Source of the DNA: an uncultured Thermoleophilia bacterium
Lineage (GTDB): Bacteria > Actinomycetota > Thermoleophilia > UBA2241
DNA length: 64,000 nucleotides
Direction of reading: 5' to 3'
Assembly: GCA_963702475.1 (NCBI GenBank)
Contig: CAVPCT010000002.1
Coordinates: 160,001-224,000, forward strand
In this document: in pieces, positions 43,701 to 51,415 of the stretch
Numbering within the stretch: the stretch's first letter is position 1
Layout of the letters: each line of letters begins with the position of its first letter
Translations under genes and position numbers: made by a program
The notes under the pieces: model-generated
What the model was told of the DNA's origin: nothing
The model's database searches: none
What the model saw: the letters and a program-made list of their open reading frames with translations, nothing else

Positions 43701-44762
43701 TCAGTGCCAGGCGCGCCGCAGGTGCGCGTACGAGAGCATGCCGAACGGGATGGGGAGCCAGAAGTTGATGAGGCGGTACACCAGCACGACGGCCACCGCG
43801 GCTGCCGACTGCATGCCGAAGCTCACGAGCATGGCCATCATCACGCCCTCCACGGCTCCGAGGCCGCCGGGGGTGGGGGAGACGGTGCCCACCACGAAGG
43901 CGATGCCGTAGGCGATGAGGACGTAGTAGATGGGCACCCACTGGTGGAAGGCGAGCATCACCATGAGCAGGCACAGGATGTCGAAGCCCCAGTAGCCGAC
44001 CGAGAGGCCGATGGTGCGCCAGTGGCGGCGGCCGTCGAGGCGGAGCCGCCGCCACCCGTCCACCACGCCGTCGAGCCAACCTTCGAGCCGCTCGTCGGGG
44101 ATGCTGAGGCGCTCCCAGCGACGCCCCAGCCAGCCGACGACCCGATGTGCGGTGCGCCGCAGGCTGCTGGGGTGGGCGAGCAGCCAGAAGCCGTAGAAGC
44201 TGAGCCCCGAGAGCAGGACGACGAACACGGCCGCGAACGCCATGGCCACGTCGTCGGCCTCGCCGCGCAGGATCAGTGTGAGCAGGCCCACGCCGAACAG
44301 TGCGTACAGCACGTAGTAGGCGAACGCGTTCTGGAAGATGACGGCGATGAGTACCAGGGAGTGGGGCATGCCGCGTTTTTGCAGGACGCGGTACTGGACG
44401 GCCGCGCCGCCGACGCCGCCGGCGGAGAAGAGGTGGGCGGCGGCCAGCCCGGCGACGTTGATGCGCAGGGAGAGTGAGAGCTTGACGGGGAACTGCAGCA
44501 GGCGAAGCAGGCGCCGGAAGAGCAGGGAGTAGAACAGCAGCGCGCCGACCTCGAGGACGACGGCGATCACCAGGAGCGCCGGGTTCGCGTTGCGCACGAG
44601 GTCGACCGCGTGCGCCTGGCCGGCCAGGCGCGGCAGGAGCAGGAACAGGGCGGCGACGATGACCAGGAAGACGATCGCAGCCCGCAGCCTGTGACGGCCG
44701 CGCCGTTCCGCCGGTGCCTGACCGTCGTCGTGAAGCGGCTCAGCGGCGGGGTCCACGTCCAC
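43701..44762 (-). CDS. Lysylphosphatidylglycerol synthase TM-region (UPF0104, flippase-like) protein, paralog of the neighbour
   Basis: SAGGVGG, PTPGGLGAVEG and YRLINFWLPIP shared with 42446..43522. Start approximate. Confidence 0.85.
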   Translation of the reverse strand: MDVDPAAEPLHDDGQAPAERRGRHRLRAAIVFLVIVAALFLLLPRLAGQAHAVDLVRNANPALLVIAVVLEVGALLFYSLLFRRLLRLLQFPVKLSLSLRINVAGLAAAHLFSAGGVGGAAVQYRVLQKRGMPHSLVLIAVIFQNAFAYYVLYALFGVGLLTLILRGEADDVAMAFAAVFVVLLSGLSFYGFWLLAHPSSLRRTAHRVVGWLGRRWERLSIPDERLEGWLDGVVDGWRRLRLDGRRHWRTIGLSVGYWGFDILCLLMVMLAFHQWVPIYYVLIAYGIAFVVGTVSPTPGGLGAVEGVMMAMLVSFGMQSAAAVAVVLVYRLINFWLPIPFGMLSYAHLRRAWH

Positions 44763-45129
44763 TCCCGGACCGCGCGTCGCCGAGCACATCGTCCTCGATC
44801 TCGCGGCGGCGGATCCACGCGTAGGCCACGCTCGCAGGCACGCACGTGAAGGGGATCGCACAGAGGACGACCCAGCCCCAGCGGCGCGCGCGTATCGTCG
44901 TCCAGACGCCGAGGACCCAGGATGCGGCCCAGCCCGCGAGCAGCGCGACGCCCCATGCCACAGCCAGGGGGCGCGAAAGGAACGTGACGGCGAGCACCTC
45001 GGCAGCCATGCGCAGCAGGAACAGGGCAAGCGTCAGCGATGAGACGAGGAAGAGGTTGGCGAGGCGCCGCAGTTCGGCGGTGATCTCGGAGCCGGCCTGG
45101 ATGCCGGGTGCGTGCGTGTGGTGCTTCAT
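44740..45129 (-). CDS. Small hypothetical membrane protein
   Basis: Three hydrophobic segments; overlaps the start of the downstream gene on the same strand. Confidence 0.55.
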   Translation of the reverse strand: MKHHTHAPGIQAGSEITAELRRLANLFLVSSLTLALFLLRMAAEVLAVTFLSRPLAVAWGVALLAGWAASWVLGVWTTIRARRWGWVVLCAIPFTCVPASVAYAWIRRREIEDDVLGDARSGSGRGPRR

Positions 45130-45624
45130 CGGCTGATGCGGGCTGGCCCCGCTGGCGCCCGTCAGTCTCCGGGATGAGGCGGCGGAACACAACCACCCGG
45201 GCTCGCCGGCGCCGCCCTCGAGGCCGGCTCGAGGGTGTGCTCGACCCTGGCTTGAGGGCGCCCTCTACCGGGCCGTGAAGCTCGTCTGGGGCACGACCTG
45301 ACACAACCCTCGAGCAGAAGTCGACCCTTGTCGACGCTCGAGCCTGACGCGCGTGAAAGCGGAGCCTGCGTCACGGCGTCCCGCCGGCCCTGCACGACCG
45401 TTGTGAACCGCTCGAGCACTTGCACTGTCGCGGTGTCTTTGATTGACTCTCGACCCACTTCGCACAACAGAGGCGTGCCCCCGCCGCCCTCCACGCGTTC
45501 GTGCATCTCGCTTCATCCATCATGCGCACTCGTGCGCGTGGAGCAGGCACGAGGCCCCCTCGACAGCCCCCCGATGCCCCTCCGCGGAGGCGCCTCCCCG
45601 GGGAAACCGCGTCGAAAGGACACT

Positions 45625-46326
45625 GTGTCTGTATCGCTCAAACGGACCGCGATCGCCGCTTCACTGCTGCTCGCCGTCACCCTCACCGCCGGCCTCGTCG
45701 TCACCGACGCTCAGGCGGCCACCTCGCTCCGCGACAGGCTCGACAACGCCCAGCGCGAGTTGAAGAAGGCCAACCAGCGTCTCGACGCCGCTCAGGAGGC
45801 CTTGGATGCCGCGCTCGCGGCCGAGCCCGGCGCCACCGAGACCACCATCACGCCCCTCCCGGCCCCCGTCCCCGTCGCGCTCACCTCCGGCTCCGCCGCC
45901 GGCGAGTCCGAGGAGGTCGAGGACCTCAAGGCCAAGGTGGCCACGGCCCGCAAACAGGTGAGCGTGTGGAAGAAGAAGGTGCGCGAGCTCGCCGCCCTGG
46001 TGAAGCAGGAGGAGCAGATCGACGCCTGGGAGCGTGAGCGCGACTGGATGTCGATCATCAAGATCGCCGCGGCCAAGTACGACGTCAAGGCCGACGGCAT
46101 GTACCGCATGATGATGCGTGAGTCGGGCGGCGACCCGCGCGCCGGCGCCTCCGGGCAGTTCCGCGGCCTGTTCCAGTACTGGACGGGCACCTGGAAGAAC
46201 TCCTGGAACCCGTGGCGCAACGAGAGCATCTTCGACGGCAGCTCGCAGATCTTCGCTACGGCCTACGCCATCCACAAGGGCATGGGGCCGATGATGTGGA
46301 CCACCACGTTCGCGTCGCAGTACTGA
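45625..46326 (+). CDS. Secreted coiled-coil protein with C-terminal lytic transglycosylase (SLT/lysozyme-like) domain
   Basis: AAAGGA SD, signal peptide ending AQA, coiled coil, and MMRESGG.P.A...GLFQ...TW motif. Confidence 0.82.
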   Translation: MSVSLKRTAIAASLLLAVTLTAGLVVTDAQAATSLRDRLDNAQRELKKANQRLDAAQEALDAALAAEPGATETTITPLPAPVPVALTSGSAAGESEEVEDLKAKVATARKQVSVWKKKVRELAALVKQEEQIDAWERERDWMSIIKIAAAKYDVKADGMYRMMMRESGGDPRAGASGQFRGLFQYWTGTWKNSWNPWRNESIFDGSSQIFATAYAIHKGMGPMMWTTTFASQY

Positions 46327-46346
46327 GCTGAGACACGTTCGACCGG

Positions 46347-46385
46347 CGAGGGCCGGGGACCCGCGAGGCGGGTCCCCGGCCCTCG
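46347..46385. terminator. Stem-loop between convergent genes
   Basis: 18-bp perfect inverted repeat cgagggccggggacccgc / gcgggtccccggccctcg with a 3-nt loop. Confidence 0.72.
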
Positions 46386-46420
46386 TTGCGTATCTGTCCG
46401 GAGCCGCGTCGGGCGCGCCG

Positions 46421-46871
46421 TCAGGTCTCTGGCACGCGCCTGCCGAGCAGGCGGGCGACCCCCTCGTACAGGTTCACGCCGATCATGAGCCACATGGCGA
46501 TGGCGACGATGACGAACATCGCCGTGGGGAGGTCGGCGAAGGCCACGGCGTGCTCGGGGCCGAAGATCTGCGTGAGCCTGGTCAGCGCCAGCGCCCCCGG
46601 GATCAGCAGGATGAAGCTCGGCGAGAAGGTCACAAGGCGCGACGGCCCCGCGCCGTGCGCCGCCGACCACACGGCGACCACGGCCATGAAGATGGCACCG
46701 ATCATCGCCGCGAGGTAGGAGCTGCCGAGGGCGTCGCCGAGCACGAGGCCCACCCGCGCCGAGAAAGCGCAGCAGCCCGGCCAACAGGCCGAGCGCCACG
46801 GCCACGGCCGCGACGTCCCACGGCAGCTGGAGGATGAGCGCGAAGCCGAGCGGCTGCATCGCGCGGATCAC
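46421..46871 (-). pseudogene. Eroded threonine/serine exporter (ThrE-like) remnant
   Basis: Two hydrophobic fragments in different frames (GFALILQLPWDVAAVAVALGLLAG; SYLAAMIGA...PSFILLIPG) joined near 46760; far shorter than a full transporter. Confidence 0.6.
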
Positions 46872-47139
46872 CTGCGCCCGGTGGGAGTGTCGCTACCACC
46901 TGTGCTGCGTGGGTACCCCTACTCCCATCGCCCTCCACTTCGTCGTGCCCCGTGACGCGCTGGGGTCACCATCGGCCGGAACCTCCCACCCTTTGCATGG
47001 GACCATGAGTCGGACCCGACTCGTCCCCGCGAACCTCGCCGCCGCCTCCGTGCTCAAGGCCGGCCGGGCGACGACCGATACCGTCACCTGAAGGTGACTC
47101 GCCGCGAGGCGGCGGTCCGGGACGCACCGGGGAGGCGAT

Positions 47140-47214
47140 GTGAGCCTCGTACTCCGGCACATCGACCTGTTCTGGCAGTGGCTGGGCGGCTTCAGCGGCT
47201 GGTTGCTGCGGTGA
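47140..47214 (+). CDS. Putative 24-aa Trp-rich small peptide MSLVLRHIDLFWQWLGGFSGWLLR
   Basis: GGGGAGG SD upstream, GC3-rich codons, and a strong hairpin downstream. Below the ORF-track length cutoff. Confidence 0.45.
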   Translation: MSLVLRHIDLFWQWLGGFSGWLLR

Positions 47215-47258
47215 CGTGCGCGACGCAGGTGGGTCCGGCCTCCTGCGGCCTCGTGCAC

Positions 47259-47295
47259 CGACGGCCCCCGTGGAGCTTCGCCACGGGGGCCGTCG
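47259..47295 (+). terminator. Stem-loop after the small ORF and before the tRNA-Leu promoter
   Basis: 15-bp inverted repeat cgacggcccccgtgg / ccacgggggccgtcg with a 7-nt loop. Confidence 0.6.
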
Positions 47296-47368
47296 TCGTG
47301 ACCGGCCTTCGTTGGCGGCGGGAGGGCGACGGCTGGGCGTGAGGTAGAATCAACGCACCTCACTTCGT

Positions 47369-47455
47369 GCCGGAGTGGCGGAACTGGTAGACGCGCTGGA
47401 CTCAAAACCCGGTGCCAGAGATGGCGTGTGGGTTCAAATCCCACCTTCGGCACCA
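47369..47455 (+). tRNA. tRNA-Leu(CAA)
   Basis: GCCGGAG/CTTCGGC acceptor stem, D-loop GG, anticodon loop CT-CAA-AA, long variable arm, GGTTCAAATCC and encoded CCA. TAGAAT -10 lies just upstream. Confidence 0.95.
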
Positions 47456-47579
47456 CATGATCGCGCATCCCCGGCGGTCCGAGCCGGGGCCATCTGGTAG
47501 AATCACCCCGTCGAATCGACGGCCCCGGCGGGCACACGTGGCGCCTTTGGCGGTCGCCGCGCGGAGAGGAGTCTGGCGC

Positions 47580-48263
47580 ATGACGGTGCGTCTCCTGGGG
47601 CTCGACTGCAGCCCCCGCGACAACAGCAACAGCGGCATCATGCTGGACACGGGCTTCAAGGGCCTCGACGAGAAGTACCCTGGCGAGGCCGAGTGGGAGA
47701 TCGTCCACCTCCGGGACATCGCCATCGAGCCGTGCAAGGCCTGCAACGTCTGCGGCAAGACCAAGGACGGGCGCTTCATCCCCTGCGTACGCGAGGACGA
47801 CGACGACGTGCAGGAGGTCCTCGACAAGATGGTCGCGGCCGACGGCATCCTCGTGGCGACGCCGGTGTACTTCGGCCTGCCGACCGACCTGTTCTCCAAG
47901 TTCATCATGCGCACGCGCCCGCTGCGCCACCAGGACTTCAAGCTGGCCAACCGGCCGGTGGGCGTGATGGCCGTCGCCGGGCGCCGCTCGGGCGGCGCCG
48001 AGACGGCCATCATCGCCACCTGGCTGCCCTTCGTGCGCAACGGCTGCCTTGTGGTGGGCAACGGCGACGGCACCTGCCAGTTCGGCGCCTACGGCTGGGC
48101 AGGCGCCCGCGGTCACGTGCTCAGCGACGAGTGGGGCCTCGAGCAGTCCTTTCAGACGGCCGAACGGGTGTTCACGCTGGCGCGTCTGCTGAAGGCGGGC
48201 GTCCAGGCCACCGGCTTCGTCAATCCCATGAAGTTCTCGTACAGCGCCGGGACGAGGTCCTGA
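47580..48263 (+). CDS. Iron-sulfur flavoprotein / flavodoxin-fold FMN reductase family protein
   Basis: SPR..SNS, CKACNVC...C cluster motif, ADGI..ATPVYFG, GG.E. GAGGAG SD; TGGTAGAAT promoter near 47495. Confidence 0.88.
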   Translation: MTVRLLGLDCSPRDNSNSGIMLDTGFKGLDEKYPGEAEWEIVHLRDIAIEPCKACNVCGKTKDGRFIPCVREDDDDVQEVLDKMVAADGILVATPVYFGLPTDLFSKFIMRTRPLRHQDFKLANRPVGVMAVAGRRSGGAETAIIATWLPFVRNGCLVVGNGDGTCQFGAYGWAGARGHVLSDEWGLEQSFQTAERVFTLARLLKAGVQATGFVNPMKFSYSAGTRS

Positions 48264-48300
48264 CACCCCCATCCCGCCGGCCCCGAGGAGCGACGCCACC

Positions 48301-48549
48301 ATGTCCGACGCCGACACGATCCTGGAGTTCATCCGCGAAGAGGCCGACCTCGACGAGGACGAGGTGACCGCCGACACGTCCCTGTTCCGCGACCAGCTGC
48401 TCGATTCCATGAACCTGACGGCGCTCATCGCGTTCCTCGAGGAGACGTTCGCCATCAAGATCAAGCCCATGGACATCGTGTTCGAGAACCTCGATACCGT
48501 GAACCACCAGCTCGCCTTCATCGCGCGCAAGAAGGCGGGCGATGCCTGA
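48301..48549 (+). CDS. Acyl carrier protein (DltC-like)
   Basis: Acidic 82-aa protein with LLDSM phosphopantetheine site and LEETF.I.I; GAGGAG SD. Confidence 0.9.
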   Translation: MSDADTILEFIREEADLDEDEVTADTSLFRDQLLDSMNLTALIAFLEETFAIKIKPMDIVFENLDTVNHQLAFIARKKAGDA

Positions 48550-48727
48550 GCCTCCGCCGCCCGGCGCCGAGCCGCACGGGGACGACCCTCCGCCGCGCAC
48601 GCGCTGGTTCTATTACGGCCTCGGTCTGAGCCTGCAGACCTTGCTGTGGTTCCTGCTCTTCCTCGCCATCATCGTGGCCGTCCTGGTGGGCGGTCAGTTG
48701 ACCGAGTTCCGTTACGTCGGGTTCTGA
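48542..48727 (+). CDS. DltX-like single-pass acyl-shuttle peptide
   Basis: 61 aa, one TM helix, C-terminus EFRYVGF matching the F-x-Y-x-x-F tail of DltX/AlgI; overlaps the ACP stop. Confidence 0.8.
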   Translation: MPEPPPPGAEPHGDDPPPRTRWFYYGLGLSLQTLLWFLLFLAIIVAVLVGGQLTEFRYVGF

Positions 48728-48749
48728 CGTCCCGGCACTCCGCCGCATC

Positions 48750-50321
48750 GTGCCCCCAGACCTCATGACCGATGCCGTCGCGCGCCTGCGTCGCTGGGCG
48801 CGCGAGCGCCCCGACGCCGTGCTGCTGCTCACGCGCGGCCACGAGTACACCTACGCCGACGTGTTCGCGCGGGCGTCGGCGGTGGCGGCCGCGCTGGGCG
48901 CCGCAGGCGCCGGCCGCGGCCGCCGGGTCGCGCTGCTGCTCGAGGAGTACGACGAGTTCTTCGTGGCCATGCTCGGCGTGTGGCTGGCAGGCTCCGTGGT
49001 CGTGCCCCTGAACGTCAGCTTGCCGGCCGCCGATCTCGCGTGGCTGGTCGAGAAGTCGCGGCCGGACGTGCTCGTGCTGGGCACCGACGCGGCCCGAGAG
49101 GGCGGCCCGGACGATGGCGCAGAGAGTGGCGCCGCGGCCGGCGCCGGGCCGGCGCGCGTGCACGTGCGCCGCGGCGAGGACGGCCGCGTCGAGGGGCTCG
49201 GGGCGGCCGGCGAAGCGCCGCCGCCCTCCGCGCAGACCACAGGCGACACTCTTGAGCCGGTGCGCGAGGAAGACATGGCCATGATCATGTACACCTCGGG
49301 CACCACCGGCCTGCCCAAGGGCGTCTGCCAGACGCTGCGGGCCGTCTCCTCCAACGCCGGACTGGTCGCGGAGACGCTCGCCCTCACCGGTGACGACCGC
49401 ATCTTCATCAACACGCCGCCGTACTTCACCAGCGGCATCTGTCACTTCCTCACGCTCATGGCGCGGGGCGGCGGGGTGGCCGGTCGGCTCGGCTTCTTCT
49501 TCGGCGCCGAGTTGTTGGGAGAGATGGAGCAGCTCGGCTGCACCGGCTTCGGCGGCGCGCCGGCGCACCTGGTGCGCGTCGTGGAGCCGCTCGAGGAGCC
49601 TCGTCCGCACCCGTTCCGCTTCTGGGTGAGCAGCGGCGACCACCTGCCGCTCTCCGTGATCCGCAGATTCCGCGCCGTGCTGCCCGGCATCGACCTGTTC
49701 AACATGTACGGGCTCACCGAGGTGAGCGGCCGGCTCTGCATCCTGCCGCCGCCCGAGCTCGACGCCCTCGAGGGCTCCGTCGGCCGGCCGATCGGCGACA
49801 TGAGGGTGGTGGCGCGGCGCGGCGACGGCAGCGAGGCCGCGCCGGGCGAGAACGGCGAGCTGTTCGTCACCGGCTCGCTGCTCATGCAGTGCTATCTGGA
49901 CGAGCCGAGGATCACCGCGAAGACGCTCACCGGCCATGGCCTGAAGACCGGCGACTTCGGCCGCGTCGACGAGAGCGGCGCCGTGTGGATCGCCGGGCGC
50001 AAGGACGACATCATCAAGCGCGGCGGCGAGAAGGTGAGCATCGTGCACGTGCAGCAGGCCCTGCAGGGCCTCGGCCGCTTCGCGGACGTCGCCGTGCTCG
50101 CCGCCCCCGACGACATCCTCGGCCACGTGCCCGTCGCTTTCGTCGTGCCGCACGATCGCGATAGCTTCAAGGCCTCCAAGCTGCTGCGCGAGCTGCGCGG
50201 GGTGCTGCCGTCCACCTCCATGCCCAGCCGGCTGATCGCCGTGGACGAGATCCCGCGCACGGGCTCGGGCAAAGCCATCCGCAAGCAGCTCGAGCGCCTG
50301 CTGGCGGAGGACGCCCGGTGA
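48750..50321 (+). CDS. Adenylate-forming (AMP-binding) acyl-carrier ligase
   Basis: YTSGTTGLPKG, YGLTE, KTGDFG, GRKDDIIK.GG, PRTGSGK. Alternative ATG at 48765. Confidence 0.92.
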   Translation: MPPDLMTDAVARLRRWARERPDAVLLLTRGHEYTYADVFARASAVAAALGAAGAGRGRRVALLLEEYDEFFVAMLGVWLAGSVVVPLNVSLPAADLAWLVEKSRPDVLVLGTDAAREGGPDDGAESGAAAGAGPARVHVRRGEDGRVEGLGAAGEAPPPSAQTTGDTLEPVREEDMAMIMYTSGTTGLPKGVCQTLRAVSSNAGLVAETLALTGDDRIFINTPPYFTSGICHFLTLMARGGGVAGRLGFFFGAELLGEMEQLGCTGFGGAPAHLVRVVEPLEEPRPHPFRFWVSSGDHLPLSVIRRFRAVLPGIDLFNMYGLTEVSGRLCILPPPELDALEGSVGRPIGDMRVVARRGDGSEAAPGENGELFVTGSLLMQCYLDEPRITAKTLTGHGLKTGDFGRVDESGAVWIAGRKDDIIKRGGEKVSIVHVQQALQGLGRFADVAVLAAPDDILGHVPVAFVVPHDRDSFKASKLLRELRGVLPSTSMPSRLIAVDEIPRTGSGKAIRKQLERLLAEDAR

Positions 50322-51415
50322 AGGGCTTCAGGGCCGGCTTAACCAATCGCAACCCCCTCGTCCTCGTCGTCGCCGGGCTGCTGCTGGTCCCGGCGCTGCT
50401 CGGCTTCGAGTACTACTTCACCAGCGGCGCCTGGAGTGAGGTGCCGCTCACGTACTGGCTGCGCAAGCCCACCGATTCGTTCACGTACGTCTCCTGGACG
50501 GTGGGTCGTACCAAGCTGCAGCGGCCGCCCGGCGCCGGCGTGTACCTCACCGGCGGCTCCTCGGCCCGCGAGGCTCTCGTCAGCGGCCCGGCGCTGGCCG
50601 CCGACGTGGAGGGCCTCGGCGGCCCCCGTGTCACAGTCATGGACCTGGGCTTCATCAACCAGAACTTCGCAGAGACCCTGGCCATAGCCGACAACGTGCC
50701 GGCCAGGGGCTCGTGGCTGCTGATCGGCGTGAACCTCGGCCGCTTCACGGCGTCGCCTGGGGTCAACGAGCGCCAGGTGGTCGGTCGCGACCTGCTCCTC
50801 AAGAGCGCGTTCCTGCAGCGGTACGTGGCCGACACCTACGGCCGTTACAGGTACTCCTTCACGATCCTGCCGGGGATCTTCTCGTACCTCACCGACAAGC
50901 TGAAGGGCGACGGGCGGCGCGCGCTGCGCGGGGACCTGGCTGCGCGCACCTACCGCCAGCACCACTACACTGCCGCGAAGAACCACAGCGTCAAGCAGAA
51001 GCGGCGCATGGTCGACGTGTGGCTCGACTCTCGGTACCCGGTGTTCGAGCGCAACCTGCCGTACAACCTCGACATGCTCGAACAGATCCTGGTGCGCTGC
51101 CGCCAGCGCGGCGTGCACGCCGCGCTCGTGGAGCTGCCGCTGAACCGGGACATCGTCGGCACGCGCTTCCAGAAGGCCATCGTGCAGTACAGGCTGCCGG
51201 TCATGGCCCTCGCCGACGAGTACGACGTCGCCTACGTGGACGTGAACGAGGCCGCGTCCGTGCCCAACGAGGACTTCCACGACCTGTCCCACCTCGTGGA
51301 GCCCGGCCGCGTGCGCTGGCAGCGGCAGCTCGCCAAGGCGCTCGTGCCGCTGCTCCGGGAGTCCGGGGCGGCGAGTCACGGCGTCGCGGCAGCAGCGGAG
51401 GTGGCCGTCCGGTGA
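50318..51415 (+). CDS. DltD/SGNH-like membrane-anchored acyltransferase A
   Basis: N-terminal TM helix, LTGGSSA (block I Ser), ELP.N, FHDLSHL (DxxH); GTGA overlaps at both ends. Confidence 0.72.
   Translation: MKGFRAGLTNRNPLVLVVAGLLLVPALLGFEYYFTSGAWSEVPLTYWLRKPTDSFTYVSWTVGRTKLQRPPGAGVYLTGGSSAREALVSGPALAADVEGLGGPRVTVMDLGFINQNFAETLAIADNVPARGSWLLIGVNLGRFTASPGVNERQVVGRDLLLKSAFLQRYVADTYGRYRYSFTILPGIFSYLTDKLKGDGRRALRGDLAARTYRQHHYTAAKNHSVKQKRRMVDVWLDSRYPVFERNLPYNLDMLEQILVRCRQRGVHAALVELPLNRDIVGTRFQKAIVQYRLPVMALADEYDVAYVDVNEAASVPNEDFHDLSHLVEPGRVRWQRQLAKALVPLLRESGAASHGVAAAAEVAVR

Noticed and set aside
48301-50321. ACP + adenylation enzyme as an NRPS/PKS secondary-metabolite cluster
   Set aside because: No condensation, ketosynthase or thioesterase genes; the MBOAT, DltX-like and SGNH neighbours fit envelope acylation better.
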